Shown here in pieces: positions 49,589 to 62,879 of a stretch of DNA of 64,000 nucleotides; position 1 is the stretch's first letter, and each line of letters begins with the position of its first letter. The stretch comes from Squalus acanthias (Eukaryota), in assembly GCA_030390025.1 (NCBI GenBank), contig CM059432.1, positions 51,338,001 to 51,402,000 of the forward strand. The letters are read 5' to 3'. Both the position numbers and the translations under genes were made by a program. The notes under the pieces are model-generated. The model searched no databases. It had not been told where the DNA came from and saw nothing but the letters and a program-made list of their open reading frames with translations.

Positions 49589-51733
49589 GGGCCTAGAAAT
49601 TCCAGTGCGCCGAAAACCTGCTGGTGCCAACGCGGGCCGCAGTTAATGGCCACCAGAATTCATAGCGCAGGTGGCACCGGTATTTTAGTGCTGCCTGCTG
49701 TTTAACATTAGCGCAGCGCAGAACCTACCGTGTAAAGCTGGTTTTCCAGTGCTGCTCTCAGCAGGAGGTCGAATGTAACGTGGTCATAGTGTCCCTGGAG
49801 CAAGAACAGCGTTACCTAAAAGCTATCATCATTTTAGAAAGCAGTGTCAGTCCCTTACAGGGGAAATGCCTATTAAAATGAAAAAAATAAAATTCATTTA
49901 AAAATATGCAGTTTTTAGCCCTTACAGCTCAACTGCCTTCTGAAAAAAAACATTAAAAATAAGTCCCTAATGGCAGTCTTCAGTTTTTAAAGCTGAATTG
50001 ACTTCTGCACCTAAAAATGTGCTAAAAGTGCTTCAGCATTAACACAAATGGCTCAACAAGGGTCTCACACACAGCACTCCAGCTTTGTGGAGGGGGTCAA
50101 CACTGCAAGAGAGGTCCTTTACCCATAAGGGCCAGGAGGTCCTCCAGAAAGAAGGATCACTGAGGCGGTCACTGCCAGCAGAGTCGCCCCCCACCAGCTG
50201 GCTCCAGTGCCCAAAGAAGCTTCATGACCTCAGACCACTTGTCAAGGTCAGTGAATGCATCTTCAAAAGCCGTCTCCTACCAACTGCACCACTAGCCTCA
50301 CACCCTGCTCAATGCGCGACCCCTCCCATCACTCACCTACCAACAATCTGTATCAAACATGAGGAACACCTCCCATTCCTAGCTTCACCTCACCCCCTTT
50401 GGAGGAGACAGTGATGGCCATTCTTGGCAGGGGCATGGTTGAGCCCATTGCCAGCGGTGGGGCTGAATGGAAGCAAGATGCTGGTATCCTCATATGTTAT
50501 CCTCCTTCTCGCATGCACCTCTTGCTTTCCTGCTCTCCCCTCACCACAACTCCAGCTTTGTGCCTTCCACATTTCACACACCCAAGAAATGCAGCCTGCC
50601 CAGCCAGTGGTTGGCCAAGAAGAGGGAGAAAAAGGAAGACAAAGACGACGAAGACGAAGACGATGAAGACAAAGTCGAAGAAGAAGACACCATCACTCGA
50701 TTTCACACTCCCAGCCACCAGCTCCTCAAGCTCGACCAGCAAGGCCATCTGCAGTGTCTCCCACTGAAAATCAGCAGCCTTCCACCAGTCATGCTGCAGC
50801 CACTGGGGTAGCACTGCGTGACATCAGTAGGATAGGCAAAGGCACTTACAAGACAGTCACTAAGGGAATGCACAAGCGTGATTAGTTGATTTCTTGATAT
50901 TATATTGGATAGATAGATGCATAATGTTGGATAGGAAAGTTTGCTTTGTGGTGGCTTTTATTTCAGCATTATGGCCAAGAGGACGCTGTGATGGTCAGTA
51001 ACAGAGGGATGGTAAGGTGTGGTTGTGGTCACTGGGACTGCAGGTGGATGATTCCAACCCAGATATCCCCGCCACAAAGGTGCTGTCTGGGTTGCATCCT
51101 TCCTTCCTTTTCTTCCTCTTCTGCGTCTTCCTCTTCTACGTCTTCCTCTTCCCTCTACGAGCGGATGCTGGAAATCTGAAATAAAAGCAGAAAATGCTGG
51201 AAATACTCAGCAGGTCAGGCAGCATTTCAACCTGAGGTGTGAACTCTGTTTCTCTTAGCACGGATGCTGCCCGACCTGCTGAGTATTTCCAGCATTTTCT
51301 GTCTTCTCAGAGGCCTTCTTTTACTATCCGAGGCCTTGCAAACATCCAGCAGCACTCCCTGCACACTTAAAAAACTTTTAACATGTATTGCACCAAGCCA
51401 CTACTTCAACAAAATATAAAAAATCCAGTCCAAAAGCTTAAATCCAAACTTACCTGAAAGATACCCTTTAAGTAGCATTGACAGCATCTCTGTCGGTCTC
51501 CTGCACGCTCGCTTTTCTGAGTGAGTTAGGACCCAGTATTAAAGTCAGCGCAAAGGTTGAAGTTTGCACGCTGACTGACGTCACGCTCTGCTGTTTTGCA
51601 TTTCTAGGGCCAGCGCTGCGAATGGCAGTGCTATGGCCCTCAGCAAAATGGCAGCCGCCGAGTCCCATGCCAGCCATTTTTTTCAAGAAATGGGCCTTAA
51701 TGGAGAGCAGTAAGTACCTGAATTTCTAGGCCT
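49589..51733. mobile_element. Deleted Harbinger (TIR GGGCCTAGAAATT)
   Basis: TIR pair; Myb relic WLQCPKKLHDL, C-terminal cagcagccttccaccag segment, acidic transposase tail, CRE. Confidence 0.7.
51160..51303. mobile_element. Inverted pair of Penelope pseudo-LTR ends
   Basis: cagaaaatgctggaaatactcagcaggtcaggcagcat ... atgctgcccgacctgctgagtatttccagcattttctg. Confidence 0.75.
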
Positions 51734-51889
51734 TGATTGTAACTGGTGGCCAGTTTTCAATGGGCGAGTTTTGATGTCAGTTCAAAACTCACCTACTGCA
51801 GCAAAAATGTGTCCTGGGGTATTTGAATTTCTAGGCCTCAGTTAAATGCAAATTCGCACGGCCCAGAGGCTGCCTACCAAGAGCAGGTA

Positions 51890-54625
51890 AGTCACAAGTC
51901 ACACACCATCCTGACTTGGAAATATATCGCCGTTCCTTCATCGTCACTGGGTCAAAATCCTGGAACTCCCTCCCTGACAGCACTGTGGGAGTACCTTCAC
52001 CACACGAACTGCAGCGGTTCAAGTAGGCGGCTCACCACCACCTTCTCAAGGGCATTTAGGGATGGGCAATAAATCCTGGCCTTGCCAGCGATGCCCACCT
52101 CCCAGGAATGAATAAAAAAAAGTCTGCAAGATCGGTTGCTAGGCCGTCCTGCACTGGTCCCCACGATGAAGAGGAGGGAGCGATCGCTACTGAGGAAGGC
52201 CTAAAGTTTGCTTGTGGAATCCGGAGGAGCACTTCTGCTCCTCCTACCCCCACACGGTAATTAATAAAAAATTAAACTTACTTTTTGTGGCCTCCTCTGA
52301 CTTCGATCCAGGGTGCTCGCTGGGGTTGACCTGGGATTTCCAACATAGCTCTACTATTAAATATCGCAGACGGGGCCCAAAAACATCATTGGGACCCAAC
52401 ATTTTTTAAATATTCATTCTGGGGATGTGGGCAGCATTTATTGCCATCCCTGATTGCCCTTAAGCAGCTGGTGGTGAGCTTTGTTCTTGAACCGCTGCAG
52501 TCCGTGAGATGAAGGTTCTCCCACAATATTGTTGGGTAGGGAGTTCCAGGATTTTAACCCAGTGATGATGAATGAACGGCAATATTTATGTCCACGTCAG
52601 GATGGTGTGTGACTTAGAGGGGAACTTGGAGGTGATGGTGTTCCCATGCACATGCTGTCCTTGTTCTTCTAGATGGTAGAGGGCGTGGTTTGGGAGGTGC
52701 TGTCGAAGAAGCCTTGGCAAGTTGCTGCAGTGCATCCTGTGGATAATACACACTGCAGTCACTGTACGCCAGTGGTGGTGGGAATGGATGTTTAGGGTGG
52801 TGGATGGGCTGCCGATCAACCGGACTGCAGAATACCCAGCCCCTGACCTGCTCTAGTATTCATGCATATGCTAAAAATGACCTTGCTGGCTTTGGGCGGT
52901 TGTCTTTACCGCCTGCAGTTAAAAATCCCGACAGGTCACCTCCCACCAGCTCCAAGGCAACTAACTGACCTGGAGGGTTTTAACTTCCCACACACTCGGT
53001 TTCTGCATGGCGGGTAGGGTTAAAATTGTTCCGTACATACACAACACTTCTCTCAAAAAGGTGGTTATATTGTAAAGGTGTTTAAAACTTTGACACTTTT
53101 AAATTTATTTTCATTCGTTTCTGGGATGTGGGCATCGCTGGCAAGGCCAGCATTTATTGCCCATCCCTAATTGCCCTTGAGAAGGTGGTGGTGAGCTGCC
53201 TTCTTGAACCGCTGCAGTCTGTGCGGTGAAGGTACTCCTATGGTGCTGTTAGGGAGGGAGTTCCAGGATTTTGACACAAATGAAAACCTGGTGTAATGTA
53301 TGCGTATTTAGAATAATCAGTTGTGCTTGGAGTCACTTCCAGTTTAACAATCCATCTATTTTGATACAAATGGAATGGCAGGCACTCCAGGAAAATTGAA
53401 ACATGCATTGTAAAAGCCAAGCAGTATAGAACTGATTCAAACTAAATATTGTCTTTGATCCTTCTGTCAGTTTGTACAGTTCTCATTGTGACAGGGTAAC
53501 TTTTTTGATACTTCCTGGAATGCTTTTGATGTGATGGCACTACTCCAGAAATCCATTCAAGCAACACAATGATAAGAGATTTGTTAAGAGATGATGAACA
53601 CCGAGAGGTGCTGTTAGTGTCATTTTTATCCTGATAAAATGGACCAAACTCAGGAACTATTTGAGATCTTTTCATAGGCACGTCAACTTAAAGTAACGCT
53701 GATCACAGTAGGTTGCAGTTAGTGTTGAGGTTTTCATGCTGAAATATATATTTTTTTAATGCAGCATGGATGTTAAAACGAAGGCAAAAAAGTGTTTAAT
53801 CCCCTTCTGCTCTTCATTACTATTTGCTTCCCTCAATTCCAACATGTGCTTGAAGAGGTGCAGTCTGGCTTTAAGTAGTGTAGGCTAGCTTTAATTGGTG
53901 CGGGTTTGGGAGGTGCTGTCGAAGAAGCCTTGGCGAGTTGATGCAGTGCATCTTGTAGATGGTACACACTGCAGCCACGGTACACCGGTGATGGAGGGAG
54001 TGAAGGTTTAAGGTGGTGGATGGGGTGCCAATCAAACAGGCTGCTTTGTCCTGGATGGTGTTGAGCTTCTTGAGTATTGTTGGAGCTGCATTCATCCAGG
54101 CAAGTGGAGAGTATTCCATCACACTCCTTACTTGTGACTTGTAGATGGTGGAACGGTTTTGGGGAGTTAGGAGGTGAGTCACATGCCACAGAAAAGCCAG
54201 CTCTTGTAGCCACAGTATTTATGTGGCTGGTCCAGTTAAGTTTCTGGTCAAAGGTAACCCTCAGGATGTTGATGGCGGGGGATTTGGCGATGGTAATGCC
54301 GTTGAATGTCAAGGGGCGGTGGTTAGACTCTCTCTTGTTGGAGATAATCATTGCCTGGCACTTGTATGGTACGAATGTTACTTACCACTTCTCAGCCCAA
54401 GCCTGAATGTCTTCCAGGTCTTGTCACATGCGGGCATGGACTGTTTCATTATCTGAGGAGTTGCAAATGGAACTGAGCACTGTGCAATCATCAGTGAACA
54501 TCCCCACTTCTGATCTTATGGTGGAGGGAAGGTCGTTGATGGAGCAGCTGAAGATGGTTGGGCCTAGGACACTGCCCTGAGGAACTCCTGCAGCGATGTC
54601 CTGGGGCTGAGATGATTGGCCTCTG
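51890..54625. mobile_element. Cluster of fragments of a CR1/L2-group LINE family (51890-52110 +; 52410-52830, 53110-53275, 53895-54625 -)
   Basis: VRSVMEYSPLAW...HSLHHR; VPQGSVLGPTIF; shared tail. Confidence 0.75.
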
Positions 54626-54814
54626 ATTGCATTCTGTGCACTTTAGTTAGTCTAGGAGGTTTGCTATGAATTCAAAGTGTTATTGACTGAAATGAAATAT
54701 TTCTAATTCACTCATAATGGATAGCAAACTGTTTACAATATTTATTCTGTAATGCTTGTTGTATTTAATTTGTATACAGTAAAACCAGTTATCATATAAT
54801 TTTATATGATAAAA

Positions 54815-55955
54815 GGGAGTAATGGATAGACTGAGCAAATTATTGGAAAAAATTCTGAGGAACAGTATTAATCGTCATTTAGAAAGGCATGGATTAATCA
54901 AGGCTGTCAGTATGGATTTGTTAAGGGAAGGTTGTGTCTGACTAACTTGATTGAATTTTTTGAGGAGGTTACAAGGAAGTTCGATGAGGGTAGCTCATTT
55001 GATGTAGTCTACATGGATTTTAGCAAGGCTTTTGAGAAGGTCCCACAAATGATACAAAAATTGGCCTTTGGTTGATAGTGAGGAAGAAAGCTGTAGACTG
55101 CAGGAAGATATCAATGGACTGGTCAGGTGGGCACAAAAGTGGCAAATGGAATTCAATCCGGAGAAGTGTGAGGTAATGCATTTGGGGAGGGCAAAAAAGG
55201 CAAGGGAATACATAATAAATGGTAGGATACTGAGAAGTGTAGAGGAATAGAGGGACCTTGGAGTGCATGTCCACAGATCCGTGAAGGTAGCAGGACAGGT
55301 AGATAAGGTGGTTAAGAAGGCATACGGGATACTTTCCTTTATTAGCCGAGGCATAGAATATAAGAGCAGAGAGTTTATGCTAGAACTGTATAAAACACTA
55401 GTTAGGCCACAGCTAGAGTACTGCATACAGTTCTGGTCGCCACATTACAGGAAGGATGTGATTGCACTAGAGAGAGTGCAGAGGAGATTTACGAGAATGT
55501 TGCCAGGACTGAAGAATTTTAGCTATGAGGAAAGTTTGGATAGGCTGGGGTTGTTTTCTTTGGAACAGTGGAGGCTGAGGGGAGATTTCACTGAGGTGTA
55601 TAAAATCATGAGGGGCCTAGATAGAGTGGATAGAAAGGACCTATTTAGTTTAGCAGGGAGGTCACTAACCAGGGTGTATAGATTTAAAGTAATTGGTAGA
55701 AGAATTAGAGGGGCGTTGAGGAGAAATGTTTTTACCCAGAGGGTGGTGGGGGTCTGGAACTCACTGTCTGAAAGGGTGGTACAGGCAGAATCCATCACCG
55801 CGTTTAAAAAGTACTTGGATATGCACTTGAAGTGTCGTGACCTACAAGGCTACGGACCAAGAGCTGGAAAGTGGGATTAGGCTGGATAGCTCTTTTTCAG
55901 CCGCATGTACACGATGGGCCGAATGAACTCCTTCTGTGCTATAAACTTCTATGAT
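54815..55955 (+). mobile_element. CR1 3' fragment, internally deleted
   Basis: CLTNLIEFF, RPQLEYCIQFW, FTQRV. Confidence 0.85.
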
Positions 55956-56608
55956 ATCATAGTCCATTTCTTAACTTAGAATTCAAAAATTACAAAATAT
56001 TTACTCATACCAAATAAGGATGCCAAAAGTTAGAGTTCATTCATTTATTTTTCAAAGATGTGATATATATGTGCCTATTTTGGATGTTTGCATGATTTGT
56101 TGCTATACTGAATGTATTGAATAATTCTGTGTTCCTGAAAGTGTCCCTCCTGTTTGCCTTGTGGTTGCAGAATCACTTCAGGAGAGAATCATAGCCAAAA
56201 GAGGACTGCTCCATTGAGATGACTGGAATTTCTCTCTGATTTAGAGTCATAGGGGTAGAAATTAGGTCGCGCCCCATTTGGGGCGCAAATATCGTCCGGA
56301 CGCAAATATTAGCGCCTGGCGCTAATTATCGGCACTGACAGGAAACTTCACTTTTACCGCCCCGGGAGGTGAGTGGAGCGCTAAATTAGGCGCTGCACAC
56401 CTCTCTTAAGGCGCAAAGGCCAAGGAGTGAGGCGCTAACTCAGCGCACGAGCGCAGCGCAGCTGCTGCCAGTTAGCGAGGGAACACAGACACAATGGCGC
56501 CGGACACTTCTTAAAGCGGGTGGGGCCACTTGCTCCCCAGCCACACCCTGCTCATTGCAGCCTTGAATCTCAGCCTGGAGAGACCTGTAATCCATTTTGC
56601 TGCCAAGC

Positions 56609-58540
56609 ATGGAGAGGGTGAGAGAACGCGCTCATCGCTTCACCGAGCGGGCCTTGGATGCTCTGGTTGGCGCAGTGGAGCGCAGACGATGCATGCTGTT
56701 CCCGGAGAGTGGCAGGAGGCCTTTGCCACGCGAGTTCAGAAGAGTGTGGAGGGAGGTGGCTCAGAGCGTCTCCTCCAGGAGCATGGTGCCCAGGACCCAT
56801 GTTCAATGCCGCAAAAAGTTCAACGACCTCACTCGGGTCGTCAGGGTGAGTGGCTTTTTCTCAATACCTCTCCATCCCTCCATCTCAACCTCACTCTATG
56901 GCCAGAGGGTCTTAAAACCCCAATGCACAACACTCATCCAACACCTATGGCCCTTTCATCAAACACACACACACATTCCACACTTTGCATACAGTAAGGG
57001 CTATTCACCTATGGGAGGCACATCAGGCAAGACCATGGCTGCATACAGTAAGGGCTATTCACCTATGGGAGGCACATCAGGCAAGACCATGGCTGCATAC
57101 AGTAAGGGCTATTCATCTATGGGAGGCACATCAGGCAAGACCATGGCTGCATACAGTAAGGGCTATTCACCTATGGGAGGCACATCAGGCAAGACCATGG
57201 CTGTATATTTACTCAGATGCTGTCCTTTTTCTTGCAGGCTAAGCTGGCTCATAATCGGAGACAGCAGCAACGGACGGGTGGAGGGCGGCTTCAGCTGCAA
57301 CCCCTCAGCGATCTGGAGGAGCGCGTCCACAGGATTGTGGCAAGCCGGGTGATCGGTCCCGTCGCCACTGGAGACGCCGACCCCGTTGTGGACAGCAATG
57401 GTAAGGTCATCACCTTTTTGTCCTCTGTCCTTCCACTTGTCCCTCACAATACCAGCCTTTGACACTTTCAATCCAACTTGCTAACTCGCTGCACTTATTC
57501 CTCCCTTACTGCCACCCTGTCCTCACGCTAAAGCCACTCTTGTACCTCCCTGCTTTCAGATGGTGATTCACCAGCTGAGGAGACGGGCCCTGAAGCTGCC
57601 ACTGGGAGTGATGCTGCAGCTGAGGAGGAAGAGGAAGCCAGAGCATCAGTGCCACCCTCTCCCGAGGAAGCCCATGCCCACACTGGGAACACGCCTTCCC
57701 CGGAGGGGAGCAGGGGGGAAGGGGCTGATGATGGTGAAGCTCCAGGACCCAGCGGGCTGCAGCAACGCCATGGGGGGGGGTAGGGAAGAACGGGGGCCTT
57801 CTCCCCAGAGGGAGAGTATGCCAGACACTCCTACTGCAATGGACGCAGAGGAGGAGCGGCTGATTGCAGAAATGAACAGCCAGGCGGTGGGCATGCACAC
57901 TGAGCTCATGGGTGCAGTGGGAAGGGTGCCCGAATGCATTGAATCACTGGCAAGGAGTGTGGAGCACTTCTCTGTAGCACAGGCGGATGCCACACTAAAG
58001 CTTACTGCTGCAATTCAGTCACTGGCTGCCAGGAACCCATCTGAGACTGCTCTCATGCAGACTCAGATTGAGGCCACGCGAGCACTGACTGCTGCCATCC
58101 TCGATGGTTCGTGCACATGTCCCCGGGGCTGTCACCGCGCCGCAGCAGGCCAGCAATCTGTTCTCCGGCAAATTGCTCCGGATGCTGAAGTGCTGCCCCG
58201 TGGGAGTGCCAGTGTGTCGGGCGAGCAGGGAGTTGCTGTCCTCTCTCACGATGACAGCATTCCTGCTGCCAACACTGTCACTTCTCCACTGCACTTGCCA
58301 CCGCCTGTAGAACAGACTGCTGCCGCCCATGCAGAGTTGGTGCAGTCTGCAGCCGGGCCCTCCAGGCCCAGAAGTGGTCGAGGCCATCCTTCAGGGGCAT
58401 CTGCAGTGTCAGGGTCTGACGAGCAGCAGCCTTCCACCAGCCTTGCTGCAGCCACTGAGGTCCCATTACGGAGGAGCAGTAGGGTTAGAAGGGGGGAAGT
58501 GCGCAAGGGAAGGAGATCACCCTCGAAGGGCAAAAAGTAG
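56609..58540 (+). pseudogene. Myb/SANT gene (exons 56609-56845, 57238-57400, 57560-58540) with a frameshift in the G9 run at 57772-57780
   Basis: G9 here versus G5 in copy 1; may be a homopolymer sequencing error. Confidence 0.8.
56987..57202. repeat. 54-bp tandem repeat x4 in Myb intron 1
   Basis: Same unit as 12280-12441. Confidence 0.95.
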
Positions 58541-58834
58541 GAGGTGTGCCAAAATGCTGGTCATTTTTTTATTAAAGGCCGAGGTTCATGGTCCAACTTT
58601 TGTTTAGTGTTTTGGACATTATCTCCAGGTTGTGAGAACCAGTTATGTTATTGACTGTTTTTTTGTGTTTATTTCTATGAGTTTGTCATGAGGAATTGAC
58701 ACACACAGAGTTTGTAAAATAAATAAGTTTCTGTATTCAAAATATACATGGCTGGTGGTTGGAATTATTGGTGCCTTGGCCGGCTTAGGGGTTGCGTGCT
58801 GGGTTGATTAGTGTTTGTAGCAATGGCAGGGGCC

Positions 58835-59995
58835 CTAGAAGCGGCTTGCTATTAGTCGTTGACGGACGGCCCTTGCAGTTTGACCATTGTGGGCCGCCCT
58901 CCTGCCTTGGTGCTGCTGATGATCATCGTCCTCGTCCTCTTCCTCCTCTTCCTCCTCCTCCTCTGGTGGTGCTACAAGGCCTGGTGGCATTGGCTGGGTC
59001 CTGAGGATTGCCATGTTGTGCAACATGCAGCACACGACTACGAAGTTCGAAACTTGCTCAGGCGAGTACTGCAGGGCTCCTCCGGAATGGTCCAGACAGC
59101 GGAACCGTTGTTTCAGCACGCCAATTGTGCGCTCAATAATGTTCCTGGTTGCTTGATGGCTTTCATTGTACCGCAGCTCAGCAGGGGTGTTTGGCGTACG
59201 GAGCGGTGTCATCAGCCAGGTGCTCAATGCGTGCCCCTTGTCCCCCAGAAGCCAACCAACTGGCTGATGCGGTGCCTCGAAAACTTCTGCCACAGTAGTC
59301 TGGCGCAGGATGAAAGCATCGTGGCAGCTGCCCGGATAGTGGGCATTGACAGCGAGTATCACCTGTCTGTGGTCACAGACCAACTGCACATTCAAGGAAT
59401 GGAACCCCTTTCTGTTCCTGAATTCCTCTGCATTCTCTCGCGGAGCACGCAAAGCCACATGCGTGCAGTCAATGGCGCCCTGCACCATGGGGAAGCCCGC
59501 TACCCTCGCAAAGCCCAGAGCACGGTCACGCTGCTTGTCTGGGGTCATAGGGAAAGAGATGAAGTCTCGTCTCCTTCTGAAGAGGGCATTGGTGACCTGC
59601 CGGATGCAGCGATGCACCGCAAACTGGGAGATATTGGCGAGGTCCCCAACAGCAGCTTGGAATGAGCCAGTGGCGCAGAAGTTCAAAGCCACTGTGACCT
59701 TCACTGCCACCGACAGAGACGTCCTGGACCTCAGCTGAGGCTGCAGATCTGGCTGCAGCAGGTGGCAGAGCTCAGTGACCACCTCCTTGCTGAATCGCAG
59801 CCTTCGCAAACACAGCTCCTCGGACATATGGATGTAGGAGAGCTGTTCACGATATACCCTGGGAGGGTAAGCTCTCCTGTACATGCGCCTGATGGCCCTC
59901 CTCCGTCTGGCCATCATTGCCACTCTCTGTCTGCGTCTCACTATCCTCCGATTCAGCTGGAGCAGGACGACGCCCCCAATCATTGCAGCCCCCAT
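58835..59995 (-). CDS. Harbinger DDE transposase, intact, 386 aa
   Basis: IDCTH, HDAFI, GDKGH, IERTIG. Confidence 0.95.
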   Translation of the reverse strand: MGAAMIGGVVLLQLNRRIVRRRQRVAMMARRRRAIRRMYRRAYPPRVYREQLSYIHMSEELCLRRLRFSKEVVTELCHLLQPDLQPQLRSRTSLSVAVKVTVALNFCATGSFQAAVGDLANISQFAVHRCIRQVTNALFRRRRDFISFPMTPDKQRDRALGFARVAGFPMVQGAIDCTHVALRAPRENAEEFRNRKGFHSLNVQLVCDHRQVILAVNAHYPGSCHDAFILRQTTVAEVFEAPHQPVGWLLGDKGHALSTWLMTPLRTPNTPAELRYNESHQATRNIIERTIGVLKQRFRCLDHSGGALQYSPEQVSNFVVVCCMLHNMAILRTQPMPPGLVAPPEEEEEEEEEDEDDDHQQHQGRRAAHNGQTARAVRQRLIASRF

Positions 59996-60507
59996 ATTCT
60001 CTTTGCCAGAAAAGTAATGAGGTACAGCAACTAAAGTAGCAACAAAGTTAGGATGAACTAGGCAAAACTACCTCACAAAGCGTTGAGTCAATGTAGAAGT
60101 CTCTCTCTCTCTCTCTCCGAATCTCTCTCTCTCTCTCAGAACGAGTGGTGCATAAATGTCGACCACAGAAAAAGACAGGAAGAGGCCCCCTTTAAATAGC
60201 GCCCCCCCCAGCCCCACACCGATTGATAACGTTCCAGTCTTCCGGTCGTTGGAAGCGCCAGGCGGTAAGGCAGGGGGCGCCACTCAATTTCCGCTCCGGG
60301 GCGCCCCAAGGGCGTTGCACCATGGAATGACGTCACAATCTGCGCGCGCAGGTGGTCGCAGCGGTAAGTTTTAGCGCCGCCGCACAATCTCAAGTTAAGT
60401 TCTCGAGCGGCGCAAACAGCGCTGCGCCCGGGCGTTAGCGGCTTAACGCCCCATTAGCGCCCTCTTAAGGCGCTAACGGGAGGCGCAACCAAGTGAATTT
60501 TTCCCCC

Positions 60508-62690
60508 ATAGAGTCATAACGGCACAGAAAGAGGCCATTCGGCCCATCGAGTCCATGCCGGCTCTCTGTAGAGCAATCCAGTCAGTTTCATTCCCCCATT
60601 CTATCCCCGTAGCCCTGCAAGTTTATTTCCCTCAAGTGCCTATCCAGTTTCCCCTTGAAAACATTGGGGGGGAAAAATTCAGCTGCTTGCGCCTCCCGTT
60701 AGCGCCTTAAGAGGGCGCTAATGGGGCGTAAAGCAGCTAACGCCCGGGCGCAGCGCCGCCCACGCCTCCCGAAAAATTCAGCGGGAGGTTAGCGGCGGCG
60801 CCAGCCGGTAGCGCCCTGTGGCGCTGCGCCGCCGGCGATGACGTCATCGCCGTGCGCAGCACCCCGCTCGCGCTCCAGCCGCGATCTTCAGTCGCGCCCC
60901 CTGATTTACCGCCAGACGCTATGTCCGACGGGTTCAGGGAGGCGAACGTGCGGCCGGGGCGGCGATATTTAAAGGGGAGGTGGCAGGCGGCCATTTTTGT
61001 TGCTGGCCGCCTGCCAGCACCTGCCCCCGTTGCTGTCCCCGGCCCCCGTGAAGCCCCCCCACCGTGAAGTGCCGGCTGCGCTCCAAGAGCCCGGCACTTC
61101 TCTTGAGTGCCGGGCTCTTTTGCCGGCACTCCCGATCCCTGGGGGCCCAGCTGGGCCCCGGTTCGCGCTGCGCAGGGTCCCTCCCCTTTAAGAAGGGGAG
61201 GAAGGCCTGCAATACCGCGGTGCGACGTGCCGCAGCGCCTGGCGCTGCGGCACGTAGCGCCAGGATATTCCCTCGCAGCGCCCCAAGAGGGATGCGGGGT
61301 GCTTCCAGTGGCGCCCCGCTTCCCTCTTGGGGCGCAACCACTGAAGTTCCGGCGCGGGGCCGCTAATTTTTTCGGGGCGCTAAAAGTAGCGCCCCGGCGA
61401 GGTTAGCGCCCCAAATGGGGCGCGACTCAATTTTTACCCCTGAGTGTCTCCGCTTCCATCGCTTCCATCGGCAGTGAGTTCCAGGTCCTAACCACTCGCT
61501 GCGTAAAAAAGTTTTTCCTCACATTCCCCCTGTATCTCTTGCCCAAAATCTTAAATCTGTGTCCCCTAGTCCTTTTACCATCAACTAGTGGGAACAGCCT
61601 TTCCCCGTCTAGCCTATCCAAACCCGTCATAGTCTTGTACACCTCTATCAAATCACCCCTCAACCTCCTTTACTCTAATGAAAACAAATCCAGCTTCTCC
61701 AACCTGTCCTTGTAGCTAAGATCCCCCATCCCCGGAACCATTCTGGTAAATCTCCTCTGCACCCTCTCAAGGGCCTTCACATCCTTCCTAAAGTGTGGTG
61801 ACCAGAACTGGATGCAATACTCCAGTTGTGGCCTAACCAGCGCTTTATAAAGGTTCAGCATATCTTCTCTACTTTTGTACTCAATACCTCTATTTATGAA
61901 GCCCAAGATCCCATATGCTTTAACCACTCTCTCAATATGCGTTGCTACCTCAGGGACCTATGCACATTAACTCCCAGGTCCCTCTATCCCTGCACACTCT
62001 TTAAAACTGTGCCATTAAGTGTATATTGCCTCTCCCTGTTCCTTCCACCAAAATGCATCACCTCACACTTCTCTGTATTAAATTCCATCTGCCACTTGTC
62101 TGCCCATTCTGCTAGCCTTTCTATGTCCTGTTGCAGTCGATTGATATTATCATCACTGTTTGCCACACCCCCAAGTTTGGTGTCATCGGCAAATTTAGAA
62201 ATTCTACTCTGTATTCCAATATCCAGGTCATTTTTATATATCCAAAAAAAGCAGTGGCCCCAGCACTGACCCTTGGAGAACACCACTGTCTACCATCCTC
62301 CCGTCTGAAAAACAGCCATTTACCACAACTCGCTGTTTTCTGTCCTTAAGCCAATTCCTTGTCCAAGCTGCCACTGACCCACCTATTCCATGAGCCCCAA
62401 TTTTGTTAACTAGCCTTCTATGTGGTACTTTGTCAAACGCCTTCCGAAAATCCATGTAGACAACATCCATTGCATTCCCTTCATCAATCCTCTCTGTTAC
62501 TTCATCAAAAAATTCAATTAGATTAGTTAAACACGATTTTCCTTTTACAAATCCGTGTTGGCTCTCCTTAATTAGCTTAAACTTCTCCAAGTGTCCATTA
62601 ATTTTTTCTTTGATTATTGTTTCTAAAACTTTACCCACCACTGATATTAAACTGTAGTTACTAGGATTGTCCTTCCACCCTTTCTTGGGC
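60508..62690 (-). mobile_element. CR1 3' portion; tail split by Harbinger copy 2, body split by a MITE
   Basis: gagtcata tail on both sides of copy 2; RT motifs 61427-62690. Confidence 0.9.
60668..61440. mobile_element. GC-rich Harbinger MITE of the copy 1/2 family
   Basis: gggggaaaaatt ... aatttttacccc; termini homologous to copy 1/2; TSD tgg/tga. Confidence 0.9.
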
Positions 62691-62879
62691 AGTTGACCCA
62701 TATTTGTTGTAGCAACAATCAAACAGTAGCTTGCAATACTGTGGCTGCATCTTTCAGTCACTGTCTATCATATTCCTGCATACTAAAGCACAGCCGTCCT
62801 GTTATTCAGCACAGTAACATCCCAGAGGTTGAGGTTTAGAGAGTGTTCACGCACTGGTTCACAACACTGTAGAACTGAA

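Larger units (their letters stand above)
56252..60507. mobile_element. Full-length Harbinger, copy 2 (TSD ATA)
   Basis: ata|ggggtagaaatt ... aatttttccccc|ata; colinear with 11543-15759. Confidence 0.95.

Noticed and set aside
60737..61406. Cluster of short ORFs
   Set aside because: GC-rich MITE sequence with no recognisable protein motif
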